Part shown: in pieces, positions 7,592 to 20,300 of the stretch
Layout of the letters: the number at the start of each line of letters is the position of its first letter
Numbering within the stretch: the first letter of the stretch is position 1
Source of the DNA: Bdellovibrionota bacterium
GTDB lineage: Bacteria > Bdellovibrionota_C > UBA2361 > JAAYZI01
Reading direction: 5' to 3'
Assembly (NCBI GenBank): GCA_050950765.1
Contig: JBMNIF010000002.1
Location: 1,024,001-1,088,000 of the forward strand
Length of the DNA: 64,000 nucleotides
The notes under the pieces: generated by a model
Database searches by the model: none
What the model saw: only the letters and a program-made list of their open reading frames with translations
What the model was told of the DNA's origin: nothing
Made by a program: the position numbers and the translations under genes

Positions 7592-7885
7592 ATTTTTGAC
7601 CTCCGTATAAACCTAACCGATTCGCTCTGTTGTTGCACCCCGTCCGATCTTTCCTAAAGGGTGAGAATTTTGACCTCCGTATAAACCTAACCGATTCGCT
7701 TTTTAGTCACACCCCATCCGATCGTCCCTGAAGGGTAGAATTTTTAACCTCCGTATAAACCTAACCGATTCGCTTTTCAGTCACACCCCGTTCAATCGTC
7801 CCTGAGGGTAGAATTTTTAACCTCCGTCCAGATCTAACCGATCCGCTCTGTTGTTGCAGCCCGTCCAATCGTCCCTGAAAGGTAA
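7591..7885 (+). repeat. tandem array of four ~74 bp units
   Basis: Core AATTTTTRACCTCCGTATAAACCTAACCGATTCGCT; CTCCGT at 7601, 7675, 7749 and 7822. Confidence 0.95.
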
Positions 7886-7985
7886 AGGGTAGAAGGGGGA
7901 GTTTAAGAAAATCCACGATTAAAATTTAAAAACTTCAAAATTAACAGATAAAGAATAATTGAAGGTGGAATAGAGAAAAATAGAG

Positions 7986-8068
7986 TGGTGAGGGACGGAT
8001 TCGAACCGCCGTACGCAAGAGCGAGCAGATTTACAGTCTGCCTCCTTTAGCCACTCGGACACCTCACC
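7986..8068 (-). tRNA. tRNA-Tyr(GTA)
   Basis: Cloverleaf with long variable arm; anticodon loop CTGTAAA; CCA not encoded. Confidence 0.95.
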
Positions 8069-8168
8069 GCAAAAAAAGAACCGCAAAAAAGAAACGCCTT
8101 AAAGTCCGTTTTTTAAAAATTTTAAATTTAAAAAACAGACATTTAGATCAAAATATTGCAAATAATTA

Positions 8169-8244
8169 TGGAGCGGGAGACGAGGCTCGAACTCGCCACC
8201 CTCAGCTTGGAAGGCTGATGCTCTACCAAATGAGCTACTCCCGC
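8169..8244 (-). tRNA. tRNA-Gly(TCC)
   Basis: GCGGGAG acceptor stem, loop CTTCCAA, 3' TCCA. Confidence 0.96.
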
Positions 8245-8426
8245 ATATTTCGTTTCACGGAGGGGTATTAATATTGAATTTAAATAAAATTACAACCCCT
8301 AAAGGGTAAATATGAAAAAAATGTTAAAATGTTTCAATATTGTTAGATATTTGTCAGATAGATCTTGCTAAAAAATGAAATTCTTATATCTTCTACCCCC
8401 GTAAACAGTGACGAGTTTTCAGATTA

Positions 8427-8502
<76 letters not shown>

Positions 8503-8522
8503 TCACTTATATGTCTGCATAA

Positions 8523-8598
8523 ACGCCTGTAGCTCAATTGGTAGAGCAACGGATTCCAAATCCGTAGGTTAGGGGTTCGATGCCTCTCAGGCGTGCCA
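8523..8598 (+). tRNA. tRNA-Trp(CCA)
   Basis: ACGCCTG/CAGGCGT acceptor stem, loop TTCCAAA; upstream of secE. Confidence 0.95.
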
Positions 8599-8875
8599 CC
8601 TTGCGGATGATTTATGCCGTTTTGGACAGATATGGCACTAGAAAGTAAATTTTTCTCTTTTTACTGTAAAAAACCCTTCTAAAAGTTTGCGATTATTTTT
8701 GAAGTTTGTTAGTGTCCACCCACTTTAACTCCGGCTGGCGTCTGGTTATCAATGTAATGAGGTGCCGAAAGGGGAGTTTTGCATCTTTTTGGAAGGGCTT
8801 ATTTAAGGAAAAGCTTAATAATTATTGAGTGCAGGTGAGGTAACGGGAGCGCTCCAGATTTTCTTAGGGTGAAGC

Positions 8876-9109
8876 ATGAGGAGAGAGAAAGGTGGTAATG
8901 CTACAACTTCGGCAAAAGCACCTAGTTTTTTAAGTAGCTGTGTAGCTGAGCTTCAGAAGGTTGTGAGACCAACGAAGGATGAGACCATTCAAGCCACTAC
9001 CGTTACGATCTTTATCTTGATCTTTGTAGCGTTGGTTCTTTGGTTTTTCGATTTTGTTTTAAGCGCAGGAGCGCGCGGAGTGTTCAAATTATTGGATGTG
9101 TTTTTATAG
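8876..9109 (+). CDS. secE: preprotein translocase subunit SecE
   Basis: ELQKVVRPT motif plus one TM helix; lies between tRNA-Trp and nusG. Confidence 0.9.
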   Translation: MRREKGGNATTSAKAPSFLSSCVAELQKVVRPTKDETIQATTVTIFILIFVALVLWFFDFVLSAGARGVFKLLDVFL

Positions 9110-9203
9110 AGAATAATTAAAGAATAGTGTAAACTTGAGTTTTTGCTTTTTTGTGATAATTAGTATTGGTTCGGCTTGTAGATAGCTTGTAGATAGTTTG
9201 GAA

Positions 9204-9953
9204 ATGGTAAAAATGACTGACGACGGTCTGATAGAAAAAATTGAAGAAGGCTCTACTGGTGAGTTGGTCACTGAGTCGACTGCTGCTGAGGTAACCAGTG
9301 AGTCGGAGAAGGGGGTTGAGGAAACTTCTTCTACTACTGATGTTGCCGCTGAAGACGCAAGTGCCGTTGAAGATAGTGGTGACGGTGAAGATGAGAACGC
9401 CGCAGCTGCTAAGCCGAAAAATCCAAACATGAAGTGGTACGTTGTTAATGCTTATTCCGGATTCGAGATGCGGGTGCTTAAGACGTTACAAGAACGTATC
9501 AATCAGTTTGGGATGCAAGATTTTTTTGGTGAAATACGTGTGCCGCAAGAAACTGTGGTGGAGCTTGTTAAAGGACAAAAAAAGACTTCAACCAGAAAGT
9601 TCTTTCCTGGATATGTGCTTGTCCAGATGGTTATGAATGAGGATACGTGGCACCTTGTAAAGGAAACATCAAAAGTTAGCGGATTTGTCGGAGATAAGAC
9701 TGACCCTGTCCCCATGCAGGAGGAAGAGGTCAATAGAATTCTTGGGCAGATTGAGGAAGGTACTTCAGCGGTGCATAGCCGTATGAAGTTTGAGGAGGGT
9801 GAGGTTATTAAGGTAATTGATGGACCTTTCGCTGAGTTTAACGGAACGGTTGAAGAAGTTAAGCCGGAGAAGGGGAAGTTAAAAGTCTTAATAAGTATCT
9901 TTGGGCGTGCCACTCCTGTTGAACTTGATTTTGTACAAGTTGAAAAGTGTTAA
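9204..9953 (+). CDS. nusG: transcription termination/antitermination factor NusG with acidic N-terminal extension (start uncertain)
   Basis: [16 protein letters not shown] domain [18 protein letters not shown]. Confidence 0.97.
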   Translation: MVKMTDDGLIEKIEEGSTGELVTESTAAEVTSESEKGVEETSSTTDVAAEDASAVEDSGDGEDENAAAAKPKNPNMKWYVVNAYSGFEMRVLKTLQERINQFGMQDFFGEIRVPQETVVELVKGQKKTSTRKFFPGYVLVQMVMNEDTWHLVKETSKVSGFVGDKTDPVPMQEEEVNRILGQIEEGTSAVHSRMKFEEGEVIKVIDGPFAEFNGTVEEVKPEKGKLKVLISIFGRATPVELDFVQVEKC

Positions 9954-9970
9954 GTTAGTTGAGGATAAAG

Positions 9971-10393
9971 ATGGCGAAAGAAGCAGTCGCACAGATAAAA
10001 TTACAGATACCTGGTGGTCAAGCTAATCCGGCTCCGCCGATTGGGCCAGCATTAGGACAACACGGTTTGAATATCATGGATTTTTGCAAGCAGTTTAATG
10101 CAAAAACTCAAAAGCAAGCGGGGGAGATCGTTCCTGTTATTATTACGGTTTATAAAGATCGTACCTTTACTTTTGAGATGAAGACAGCTCCGGTGTCTTA
10201 CTTAATTAAGAAGGCGCTCAATGCTGCTAAAGGATCGAGTGAACCAAATAGGACCAAGATCGGTAAATTGACGCATGAGCAAGTTTTAGAGATCGCTCGA
10301 AGAAAGATGGAAGATCTGAACTGTATTGATGAAGATGCGGCGTGTAAAGTTGTTGCTGGCACTGCACGTAGTATGGGTGTTGATATACAGTAA
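9971..10393 (+). CDS. rplK: 50S ribosomal protein L11
   Basis: [22 protein letters not shown]. Confidence 0.98.
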   Translation: MAKEAVAQIKLQIPGGQANPAPPIGPALGQHGLNIMDFCKQFNAKTQKQAGEIVPVIITVYKDRTFTFEMKTAPVSYLIKKALNAAKGSSEPNRTKIGKLTHEQVLEIARRKMEDLNCIDEDAACKVVAGTARSMGVDIQ

Positions 10394-10419
10394 TCCTAAA
10401 AATGCGGGAGTAATTAAAA

Positions 10420-11109
10420 ATGGCTAAGAAGGGAAAAAGGTTTCGTTCGTTGTGTGAGAAGGTGCAACGGGGAGATATCTATAAGTTTGAAGAAGCGTGT
10501 CAGATCGTTGCATCGTTAGCGTCTGCTAAATTTGATGAAACCGTAGATGTGGCTGTTCGTCTTGGTGTTGATCCTCGTAAGGCTGATCAGAATATCCGTG
10601 GAAGCATCGGACTTCCTCACGGTTTGGGTAAAACGATTAGAGTGGCAGTCTTCGCTAAAGGGGAGAAAGCTCAAGAAGCTAAAGATGCCGGTGCGGATAT
10701 CGTTGGCTCCGATGATCTGGTTGAGATGGTTCAGAACGGTAATATGGATTTCGATACCGTTATCGCTACGCCCGATATGATGGCTCAAGTTGGTAAGGTT
10801 GGTAGGATCTTGGGACCACGCGGGTTGATGCCCTCACCTAAGGTTGGAACCGTCACGTTTGATGTTGCTAACTGTGTCAAAGAGGCTAAGGCTGGACGTG
10901 TCGAGTACCGTGTTGATAAAGCTGGTATTGTGCATGTTCCCGTAGGAAAGGCTTCTTTCGGTGCAGAAAAGATACAGGAGAATGTGCAGGCACTGATTCA
11001 AGCGCTTGTACGTGCCAAGCCATCAACAAGTAAAGGGGTATATCTTAAGAGTGCTGCCTTATCTTTAACGATGAGTCCGAGTGTGCGCTTTGATGCCGCT
11101 ACTATTTAA
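10420..11109 (+). CDS. rplA: 50S ribosomal protein L1
   Basis: [15 protein letters not shown]. Confidence 0.98.
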   Translation: MAKKGKRFRSLCEKVQRGDIYKFEEACQIVASLASAKFDETVDVAVRLGVDPRKADQNIRGSIGLPHGLGKTIRVAVFAKGEKAQEAKDAGADIVGSDDLVEMVQNGNMDFDTVIATPDMMAQVGKVGRILGPRGLMPSPKVGTVTFDVANCVKEAKAGRVEYRVDKAGIVHVPVGKASFGAEKIQENVQALIQALVRAKPSTSKGVYLKSAALSLTMSPSVRFDAATI

Positions 11110-11203
11110 TCGGAGAGTGAATTCGACAATTGGAGGGGTGCTTGCAGCCTCTCTAACGTTTTAATTTTTATGTTGCAGGAAAAAGAGACAGAGGGAACAC
11201 AAG

Positions 11204-11743
11204 ATGGATCGTGCTCAGAAACAACAGGAAATACAGTTTTTTAATGAACATTTGAACGGCGCTGAGATAGCGTTGTGTGCTGATTACCGTGGTTTGACGG
11301 TATCTCAATTAACAAATATCAGACGTGAGTTGGGTAAAAGTGGGGTTGTTTGTAAGGTAGTTCGTAATACCCTTGCCAAAATCGCTACTAAGGATGTTTT
11401 AAAAGATGCCGAGCAAAGTGAAGTAGAGAAGTTTGTCGAGCTCTTTAAGGGACCAAGTTTTGTAATGTTTGTTCCTGAAGATGGTGTCGCTTCTGCTAAG
11501 ATAACTGAAAAGTTCGCTAAAGATCTTAAAAAATTTGAATTGAAGGGTGCTTGGTTTGATGGAAAGTTCCTTGATGTTGCTGGAATTTCTCAATTAGCTA
11601 AGATGGCGAGTAAGGAAGAGACCCTCGGTATGTTGTTGAACTTAATCAATACTCCAGCTACTCACCTTGTCAGATTGTTGAATACCCCTGCTCAGCAGAT
11701 GGTTCAGGTTGTTAATGCCTATAAGGATAAATTAGCTGCGTAG
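11204..11743 (+). CDS. rplJ: 50S ribosomal protein L10
   Basis: DYRGLTV, VVRNTL; gene order. Confidence 0.97.
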   Translation: MDRAQKQQEIQFFNEHLNGAEIALCADYRGLTVSQLTNIRRELGKSGVVCKVVRNTLAKIATKDVLKDAEQSEVEKFVELFKGPSFVMFVPEDGVASAKITEKFAKDLKKFELKGAWFDGKFLDVAGISQLAKMASKEETLGMLLNLINTPATHLVRLLNTPAQQMVQVVNAYKDKLAA

Positions 11744-11826
11744 GGTTCTTGTTTAAAGCTGACATCTGTCAGCAGATCAATTTTTTTGTTTAATACTTAA
11801 TTGTTAATAATTAGGAGAGTGCCAAA

Positions 11827-12213
11827 ATGAGTGAAGTAACAGAGCAACAAGTTGTTGATTATATTAAGGGAATGTCCTTAATGGATGCTGCTAACTTGGT
11901 GAAGAAATTAGAAGAAGAGCTTGGCGTTAGCGCTGCAGCTCCCGTAGCTATGGTGGCTGGTGCTGCACCTGCCGCAGGTGGTGCTGCCGCTGCTGAAGAG
12001 CAAACTGAGTTTACAGTAGTTCTTGATGACCCTGGCGCAGAGCGTGTTAAGGTTATTAAGGTTGTCCGTGAACTTACAGGGCTTGGATTAAAAGAAGCCA
12101 AAGATGCAGTTGATTCAGCTCCAAAAGCATTGAAAGAAGGTATCTCTAAGGAAGATGCTGCTGATGCTAAGAAAAAGCTGGAAGAGGTCGGAGCAAAGGT
12201 TACTATCAAGTAG
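11827..12213 (+). CDS. rplL: 50S ribosomal protein L7/L12
   Basis: Ala-rich hinge; GLGLKEAK. Confidence 0.98.
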   Translation: MSEVTEQQVVDYIKGMSLMDAANLVKKLEEELGVSAAAPVAMVAGAAPAAGGAAAAEEQTEFTVVLDDPGAERVKVIKVVRELTGLGLKEAKDAVDSAPKALKEGISKEDAADAKKKLEEVGAKVTIK

Positions 12214-12858
12214 TAAGAGAATTTTGTTCCGTACTGTGGTGGTTTTGCCACGTTTTTGGGTGGAGGCACGCCCCTGAATGTGGTCTCTTGCGTCTAGTGC
12301 TCAATAGATGTTTAAATCACAACGGTTTGGAACTTGGCACTTCTAATGGTTTAAGGTATAAATCTTGGTAGTTATTGATTATAGCAGCTTTGGTAGAGAT
12401 CTTTAACCTACTGGAAGTAGAGATTAAGGGAAAGACCTTTAATCGTATCTAATTTTCTTATTGCGCGGGTTTTAAAACGATTTTCACCTTATATTTATGT
12501 CGGTGTTAGGTCGTTTTGGTCGCGCTACTTGTATTTTTTGTTGCTTTGATGATACGTGATCACGATTTTTGTAAGATTCATTACGATTCAAGTTGGATTA
12601 ATCCCTGTTTAACACTTTCTCGGCAACGCTCTTTTGATGTTGCTAGGATATAGTGCGGCGTATTGATCTATGCTTTGATGTTGTAACAGAGCTATCTAAA
12701 ATTGTGATGTAGAGTATTTCGTTACGGACTATGGATATTATTTTAAATCGAATTGCTTTGATTCGGTGCATAATTTTCCGTGTTCTTAACTAAAACTCGA
12801 TGTTGTCGAGTTCTTTTACACTCGACATTAAATGACTAAAGACAATGGCATTGAAACG

Positions 12859-15800
12859 ATGGCATCTAAATTAAAAACCAATTTTCGCATTCGACGTGAT
12901 TTTTCAAAATTAAATGAGGTTGCAGAAATTCCCAACCTCGTAGCTATTCAGACGCGCTCTTATGAAAGATTTTTACAGATGGATGTAGATCCTGAGAAGC
13001 GTGCTGATGTTGGTTTACAAAGGGTTTTTAAATCAGTTTTTCCTATAAAAGATTACAACAACACCACATCGTTGGAGTTCGTCTCGTACTCATTGGGCGA
13101 ACCTAAGTATGATGTTGATGAGTGTCGCGATCGGGGTATGACTTGGGCGGCACCTCTACGTGTTACGATTCAACTTGTCTTGTGGGATGTTGATCCGGAG
13201 ACGGGAGCTAGAAATTTAAGCGCATTAAAGGAAGATGTTGTTTATTTCGGCGAGATCCCGTTAATGACCGAGCGTGGTACCTTTATGATTAACGGCACCG
13301 AGCGTGTGATCGTTAGTCAGCTGCATAGATCTCCAGGGGTGTTCTTCGCGCACGATAAAGGGAAGAGTCATGTCTCTGGAAAACTTTTATATTCTGCGAG
13401 AGTTATCCCTTATCGCGGATCTTGGATCGATCTTGAATTTGATATCAAAGATGTTCTGCATGTTAGGATTGACAGACGGCGTAAACTTAATGCGACGGTG
13501 CTTCTGCGTGCTATGGGGATGTCGGCCGATGAGATCTTAGATTATTACTATGAGTCCGATGTCGTTCGTTTTGGAAAGCGTGGCACAGTTACGAAAGATT
13601 TTGTATCGCCACACTTTGAAGGACAAAAAGCTTATCGTGAAGTAAAGGCAGGCAATAAAGTTCTTGCAAAAGCGGGAGCTAAGTTTAATCGTGCTGTTCT
13701 CCGTCGTATGAAAGAGGCGGGGATCGAGTCTGTTGAGATCAACCCTGATGATCTGGTTGGATCGGTATCAGCGGATACGATCGTTGAGATAGTAGAAGAT
13801 ATCGTTGATTCGAAGAGCGGCGAGATCCTCTTGGAAGCCGGTGAGGTGATCATCGGTTGGGAAGTTATCAATGATCGTTTATCGATTATCTTTGATACCT
13901 TTGATAAAAATGATGCCTTAGAGGCGTGCTCTAAGATCGGTGTTATCGTTTATGCTGGAGATGAATTAACTGGTGATAAGGTTAATGCTAAAGGTGAGAT
14001 CGTCGAGCAAGGAACTGTTTCAATCTTACGTGATTTAGGGGTTGGAAACTTACGTATCTTATACCTTGATGATCGTCACATCGGAGAGTCTTTGTTAAAG
14101 ACTTTGCAGACCGATAAGATGGCACCAGAGCATGATGGTCTCTATTATCGTTTAATAGGTCAGCCAACTACGGAAAGTTTGATTGAGATCTACCGTAGAT
14201 TAAGGCCTGGTGATCCACCTCGTCCTGAAACAGCGGCAGCAACGTTTAAGAATCTATTCTTTAATCCTGAGCGGTATGATCTCTCTGATATAGGGCGATA
14301 TAAGATTAATTATAAGCTCTATGTCTCTCAAGGTAAGGAAGCTCCGCCGTTAGATCAAACAGTGCTTACTGAAGATGATATCAGAGAGTCTATTAGGTAT
14401 CTTTTACAGTTAAGGACCTCTAACGACCCTGTTAAGTTCTCTATTGATGATATCGATCACTTAGGCAATAGACGTGTACGTGCTGTTGGAGAGTTGATTG
14501 AGAATCAATATCGGATCGGCTTGGTCAGAATGGAGCGCGCCGTTAAAGAGCGTCTAGGGATGCAGGATATCGACACCCTTGTCCCGCAAGATCTGATTAA
14601 TTACAAACCTGTTGCGGCTGTTGTAAAGGAGTTTTTTGGCTCTTCTCAATTGTCACAATTTATGGATCAGACCAACCCTCTTTCTGAGATTACCCACAAA
14701 CGGAGACTCTCTGCTTTAGGACCAGGGGGATTGACGAGAGATCGTGCTGGATTTGAAGTGCGTGACGTTAATCCGACGCACTACGGGCGTATCTGTCCGA
14801 TTGAAACTCCTGAAGGGCCGAATATCGGATTGATATCTTCTCTGGCTATCTATGCACGTGTTAATGAGTTCGGTTTCTTGGAGACTCCTTATCGAGTTAT
14901 CGATAACAATCATAAGGTCACGAATGATGTTGTGTACCTTTCTGCGTTGGAAGAGGAGCGTGAGATTATCGCTCCGGCAACGGCACCGATTGATAATAAA
15001 GGAGCTTTCTCTGAAGCGTCTGTCCCAGCTAGAAAAAATGCTGAGTACGTTCAGATCAACTCTGAAGAGGTTTCAAAAGTTGATGTTAGCCCCAAGCAGT
15101 TGGTTAGTGTTGCAGCAGCATTGATCCCTTTCTTGGATAATGATGATGCTAACCGTGCTTTGATGGGATCTAACATGCAGCGTCAGGCGGTTCCGTGTCT
15201 CTGTTCTGAGGCCCCGATCGTTGGAACTGGTATGGAGCGCATCGTGGCGCGCGATTCCGGTACGACAGTTGTCGCCAAGCGATCTGGTAAGGTGGTCTCT
15301 GTTGATGCAGAGCGTGTTGTGATCAAGGCTGATAAGACTTCAGATCAAGATCTTGATACCGGTGTTGATATCTACAATCTGATTAAGTATCGCCGTTCTA
15401 ATCAAGATACCTGCATCAATCAACGTCCTATCGTGCGTGAAGGCGAGAAGATCTCTAAAGATGAGACCGTAGCTGATGGGCCTAGCACTGATATGGCTGA
15501 ATTGGCGTTAGGTCAAAATGTCGTTGTCGCATTTATGCCGTGGCATGGGTATAACTATGAAGACTCTATCTTAATTAACGAGGGTCTTGTGAAGAGGGAT
15601 ATCTTTACCTCTATTCATATCAATAGTTATGAGTGTGTGGCACGAGATACAAAGCTCGGTAAGGAAGAGATTACCCGTGATATTCCTAATGTTGGTGAGG
15701 AATCTCTTAGTAATTTGGATGAGTCGGGTATCGTTAGGATCGGTGCTGAAGTTCATCCAGGTGATATCCTCGTTGGTAAGATCACTCCTAAGAGCGAAAC

Positions 15801-17334
15801 ACAACTTAGCCCTGAGGAGAAGTTGTTACGCGCTATCTTCGGTGAAAAGGCAGGCGAAGTTAGGGATACCAGCCTTAAGTTGCCACCTGGTACAGAGGGA
15901 ACTGTTATCTCGACTCAGGTCTTCTCACGTAAAGGAACTGATAAAGATGAGCGTAGTCTAGCTATTGAGAAGCGTGAAATCGAAAGGCTAGAGCAAGATC
16001 AGAGAGATGAGATAAATATTATCAGGGATGCTGCTCTGAAAGAGATTAAAGAGCTGCTCCTTGGTAAGGTTACGATCTCAAGATTAGTTGATGAGAAGCG
16101 AGTTCAACTGATTGCAAAAGGCGCAGAGATTACAGCCGAAATTTTAAAGGCTACTCCGTTTGAGTATCTGAGAGATATTCAGATCGGTGATGAGAAGATT
16201 CAAGAGAAATTGAATCAGATCGTGGTGCGCACTGGACAACTTATCAATAATAAGCGTGCTTTATTGCAGGATAAGATCCGCAAGTTAAAAGAGGGAGATG
16301 AATTAGCTCCTGGTGTTATTAAACTTGTGAAGATCTTTATCGCGCAAAAACGTAAGGTACAGGTTGGTGATAAGTTAGCAGGGCGACACGGTAACAAAGG
16401 TGTGCTTTCTAAAGTAGTTCCTGAAGAGGATATGCCGTACTTACCTGATGGTACCCCTGTTGATATCGTTTTGAATCCACTCGGTGTGCCTTCCCGTATG
16501 AATATTGGGCAGGTGCTTGAGGTGCACTTAGGCATGGCTGCTTGGGGCTTGGGGCGACTTCTTGAGACAGAGGTTGACAAACTATACGATCTGGATAGAG
16601 GTGAAGCGCGTCAAGTTACTTCTGAAGAGAAATCAAAGGTCACTGCTGCTATTCGAGAGATCTTTAAGCACGGCTATGGCGAGGAGCTTTATGATGCTGA
16701 AATCGCCAAGTTGAGTGACGACGATCTGATCCGTCTTGCTATTAGACAGCGGCGTGGTTTCCAAGTAGCAACCCCTGTTTTCGACGGAGCAAAAGAGGAA
16801 GAGATCCAGAAGATGTTAGAGTTCGCTGGGTGCGATCCTTCAGGACAGGTAACGCTTTATGATGGAAGGTCGGGTGATAAATTTTCTGAAAAGGTGACGG
16901 TTGGAGTTATGTATATGCTCAAACTGGATCACTTAGTTGATGATAAGATTCACGCCAGATCGATCGGGCCATACTCTCTTGTGACGCAGCAACCGTTAGG
17001 CGGTAAAGCACAGTTCGGAGGACAACGTTTAGGAGAGATGGAGGTTTGGGCTCTTGAGGCTTACGGTGCCGCATACTCTCTACAAGAGTTCTTAACGGTG
17101 AAGTCTGATGATGTCGCCGGTAGAACTAGGATGTATGAATCGATCGTGAAGGGAGATCACGTTTTGGAGCCTGGCTTGCCTGAATCATTTAATGTGATGA
17201 TGAAGGAGTTACAATCCTTAGCTCTGGATGTTGAACTTGTTGAACACGATGCGGCGGAGGCTCAACTTGCCCCTGATCAAAGTGCTGGTGAAGAGCAACA
17301 ATCGATGCCTGATAGCAATGTATTTGGTGGATAA
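12859..17334 (+). CDS. rpoB: RNA polymerase beta subunit (alternative start 12832)
   Basis: [34 protein letters not shown]. Confidence 0.99.
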   Translation: MASKLKTNFRIRRDFSKLNEVAEIPNLVAIQTRSYERFLQMDVDPEKRADVGLQRVFKSVFPIKDYNNTTSLEFVSYSLGEPKYDVDECRDRGMTWAAPLRVTIQLVLWDVDPETGARNLSALKEDVVYFGEIPLMTERGTFMINGTERVIVSQLHRSPGVFFAHDKGKSHVSGKLLYSARVIPYRGSWIDLEFDIKDVLHVRIDRRRKLNATVLLRAMGMSADEILDYYYESDVVRFGKRGTVTKDFVSPHFEGQKAYREVKAGNKVLAKAGAKFNRAVLRRMKEAGIESVEINPDDLVGSVSADTIVEIVEDIVDSKSGEILLEAGEVIIGWEVINDRLSIIFDTFDKNDALEACSKIGVIVYAGDELTGDKVNAKGEIVEQGTVSILRDLGVGNLRILYLDDRHIGESLLKTLQTDKMAPEHDGLYYRLIGQPTTESLIEIYRRLRPGDPPRPETAAATFKNLFFNPERYDLSDIGRYKINYKLYVSQGKEAPPLDQTVLTEDDIRESIRYLLQLRTSNDPVKFSIDDIDHLGNRRVRAVGELIENQYRIGLVRMERAVKERLGMQDIDTLVPQDLINYKPVAAVVKEFFGSSQLSQFMDQTNPLSEITHKRRLSALGPGGLTRDRAGFEVRDVNPTHYGRICPIETPEGPNIGLISSLAIYARVNEFGFLETPYRVIDNNHKVTNDVVYLSALEEEREIIAPATAPIDNKGAFSEASVPARKNAEYVQINSEEVSKVDVSPKQLVSVAAALIPFLDNDDANRALMGSNMQRQAVPCLCSEAPIVGTGMERIVARDSGTTVVAKRSGKVVSVDAERVVIKADKTSDQDLDTGVDIYNLIKYRRSNQDTCINQRPIVREGEKISKDETVADGPSTDMAELALGQNVVVAFMPWHGYNYEDSILINEGLVKRDIFTSIHINSYECVARDTKLGKEEITRDIPNVGEESLSNLDESGIVRIGAEVHPGDILVGKITPKSETQLSPEEKLLRAIFGEKAGEVRDTSLKLPPGTEGTVISTQVFSRKGTDKDERSLAIEKREIERLEQDQRDEINIIRDAALKEIKELLLGKVTISRLVDEKRVQLIAKGAEITAEILKATPFEYLRDIQIGDEKIQEKLNQIVVRTGQLINNKRALLQDKIRKLKEGDELAPGVIKLVKIFIAQKRKVQVGDKLAGRHGNKGVLSKVVPEEDMPYLPDGTPVDIVLNPLGVPSRMNIGQVLEVHLGMAAWGLGRLLETEVDKLYDLDRGEARQVTSEEKSKVTAAIREIFKHGYGEELYDAEIAKLSDDDLIRLAIRQRRGFQVATPVFDGAKEEEIQKMLEFAGCDPSGQVTLYDGRSGDKFSEKVTVGVMYMLKLDHLVDDKIHARSIGPYSLVTQQPLGGKAQFGGQRLGEMEVWALEAYGAAYSLQEFLTVKSDDVAGRTRMYESIVKGDHVLEPGLPESFNVMMKELQSLALDVELVEHDAAEAQLAPDQSAGEEQQSMPDSNVFGG

Positions 17335-17353
17335 TTAAGGTTTGGGTGCCAAT

Positions 17354-20300
17354 ATGGATGATATTTTTAGTTTATTTGAGAAGCCTAAAAATCCGGTAAG
17401 GTTTGACGCTTTGAAGATCTCTTTGGCGAGTCCGGAAAAGATTCGCAGCTGGTCTTTTGGAGAGGTGACAAAACCGGAGACTATAAACTATCGCACACTC
17501 AAACCGGAGCGTGATGGTTTGTTCTGTGCGAAGATCTTCGGACCGGTCAAGGATTACGAGTGTATCTGCGGAAAGTATAAACGGCTTAGACACCGTGGTG
17601 TTGTTTGTGAAAAATGCGGTGTTGAAGTTATTCAATCAAAAGTTAGACGTGAAAGGATGGGGCATATCGATTTAGCTTGTCCTGTGGCGCATATCTGGTT
17701 TTTGAAGAGTTTGCCGAGTCGCATCGGAACGGTGCTTGATATTACATTGCGAGATCTGGAGAAGGTTCTCTATTTTGAATCTTATATAGTTAGCGATCCA
17801 GGTAAGACGGACTTAGAGTTCTGTCAACTTCTGAATGAAAGAGAGTATCGTGCCGCTAGAGATGAATTTGGTGATAACTTCCGTGCTGGTGTGGGTGCAG
17901 AGATCGTCTTGGAGCTTCTGCAAAAAATCGATGTTGATAAACTTTGCATTGAGCTTAGAGAAGAATTAAAAAATGTTACATCTGAAGCTAAGAAGAAGAA
18001 GCTCGCTAAACGGCTAAAAGTTCTTACTTCCTTTCAACAGAGTGGGAATAAACCTGAGTGGATGATCTTGACTGCCGTGCCGGTTATTCCGCCGGATCTC
18101 CGTCCCCTTGTGCCGCTAGATGGCGGACGTTTTGCAACCAGTGATCTTAATGATCTCTATCGACGTGTTATCAACCGTAACAACCGTTTGAAAAGGTTAA
18201 TAGAGTTACAGGCTCCTGACATCATTATCCGTAATGAGAAGCGGATGTTGCAGGAATCTGTTGATGCACTTTTCGATAATGGACGACGTGGAAGGACTAT
18301 TACAGGTCCAAACAAGAGACCACTTAAGTCATTGAGTGATATGTTAAAAGGAAAGGGGGGACGCTTTAGGCAGAACCTCTTAGGTAAACGTGTTGACTAT
18401 TCTGGACGTTCCGTAATTGTGTGCGGACCTGAACTAAGGCTGCATCAGTGTGGTCTACCTAAACGGATGGCGTTAGAGCTTTTTAAACCGTTTATCTACA
18501 ACAAGCTTGAAGAGCGTGGTTATGTGACTACGATTAAGAGTGCTAAGAAGATGGTTGAAAAGGAGAAACCAGTTGTTTGGGATATCCTTGATGAAGTCAT
18601 TAAAGAGCACCCTGTTCTGTTGAACCGTGCGCCGACCCTACATAGACTCGGTATTCAAGCTTTTGAACCTATCTTGATCGAAGGTAAAGCTATTCAGTTA
18701 CATCCGTTGGTGTGTTTTGCATTTAATGCAGACTTTGATGGTGACCAGATGGCTGTACACGTTCCGCTCTCTATTGAGGCGCAGGTCGAAGCACGTGTCT
18801 TGATGATGTCAACAAACAATATCCTTAGCCCACAAAATGGTAAGCCCGTTGTTTTACCGTCTCAAGATATCGTTCTCGGTTTATATTATATGACGCGCGA
18901 GAGACCGTTTGCTAAAGGAACAGGAATGGTATTTTCTGAACCTGAAGAGGTTTGGATGGCGTGGGAAGCCGATGAGGTACATATTCAAGCTGCTATTAAG
19001 TGTAGAATTGAGGGCGAGATCGTTGAGACTACGGTTGGTAGAGTGTTGTTGCTTCAACTATTACCGAAGGATGTTTTGCCGTTTAAGTACCTTAATAAAG
19101 TTCTCAAGAAGAAAGAGCTCTCTGAGATCTTAAATGAGTCTTATCGACAGGCGGGGAATAAAGCCACCGTGCTTGTAGCAGATAGTTTGAAAAATGTTGG
19201 ATACCATTTTGCGACTATCGCCGGTATTTCAATCGGCATTAGAGATCTTATGATCCCTGCTTCAAAGTCCAAGATCCTTTCAAACGCTGATGCTAAAGTG
19301 GCGGAGATCGATCAACAGTATCAGGAAGGTTTGATCACCGTTGGTGAGCGTTATAATAAAGTTATCGATATCTGGTCAGATGTGGGTGATAGGATCGCTG
19401 AAGATATGATGTTGGGGATCTCTTCAACTGAGTTCAAAAATGAGGAAACGGGAGAGGTTAAGCGAGGAGCTTCTTTCAATCCTGTTTACGTTATGGCGGA
19501 CTCTGGAGCACGTGGATCTAACCAACAGATCCGTCAGTTGGCAGGTATGAGAGGTTTGATGGCTAAGCCTGATGGATCCATTATTGAGCAACCCATTAAA
19601 GCGAACTTGCGTGAGGGCTTAACGGTTCTACAATATTTCGTATCAACTCACGGTGCTCGTAAAGGTTTGGCTGATACGGCACTTAAGACCGCTAACTCAG
19701 GTTACTTAACCCGTCGTTTAGTTGATGTGGCGCAAGACAGTATCGTTACGATGATGGATTGTGGCACGACTGAGGGTGTTGAGATGGCTGCCTTAGTTGA
19801 AGGTGGAGAGGAGATCGAATCCCTCGGGAATAGAATTCTCGGTCGTGTTGCGGCTGAAGATATTAGAGATCCGATTACTAATGAGGTTCTTGTTCCAAGA
19901 AATACCGGTATTGACGAGAAAGCTGTTGAAGCGATTTCAGCTGCTGGTCTTGATACCGTTTTAATCAGATCTGTATTGACGTGTGAAGCCCGTCAAGGTG
20001 TTTGTGCACGTTGTTACGGACGCGATCTCGGTCGTGGACATCTGGTTAATCTCGGAGAGGCTATCGGAGTTATCGCAGCGCAGTCTATCGGAGAACCAGG
20101 AACGCAGTTAACGATGAGAACGTTCCATATCGGTGGTGCGGCATCAGGTCGTGCTGAGCAGACCTCTATCGAAGCCCGTTATGCCGGTATGATTAAGATG
20201 GAGAACGCCAAGTTAGCATTTAAGCACGATGGATCTTCTGTTGTGATGAATCGCAAATCTCAGATCCTCGTTGTTGATCCGCAGGATGGACGTGAAAGAC

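Noticed and set aside
7591..7885. CRISPR array (about 36 bp conserved plus 38 bp variable)
   Set aside because: The would-be spacers are homologous to each other, and there are no cas genes in the window.
8067..8096. CCGCAAAAAAAGAA repeated between two tRNAs
   Set aside because: Short, low-complexity duplication.
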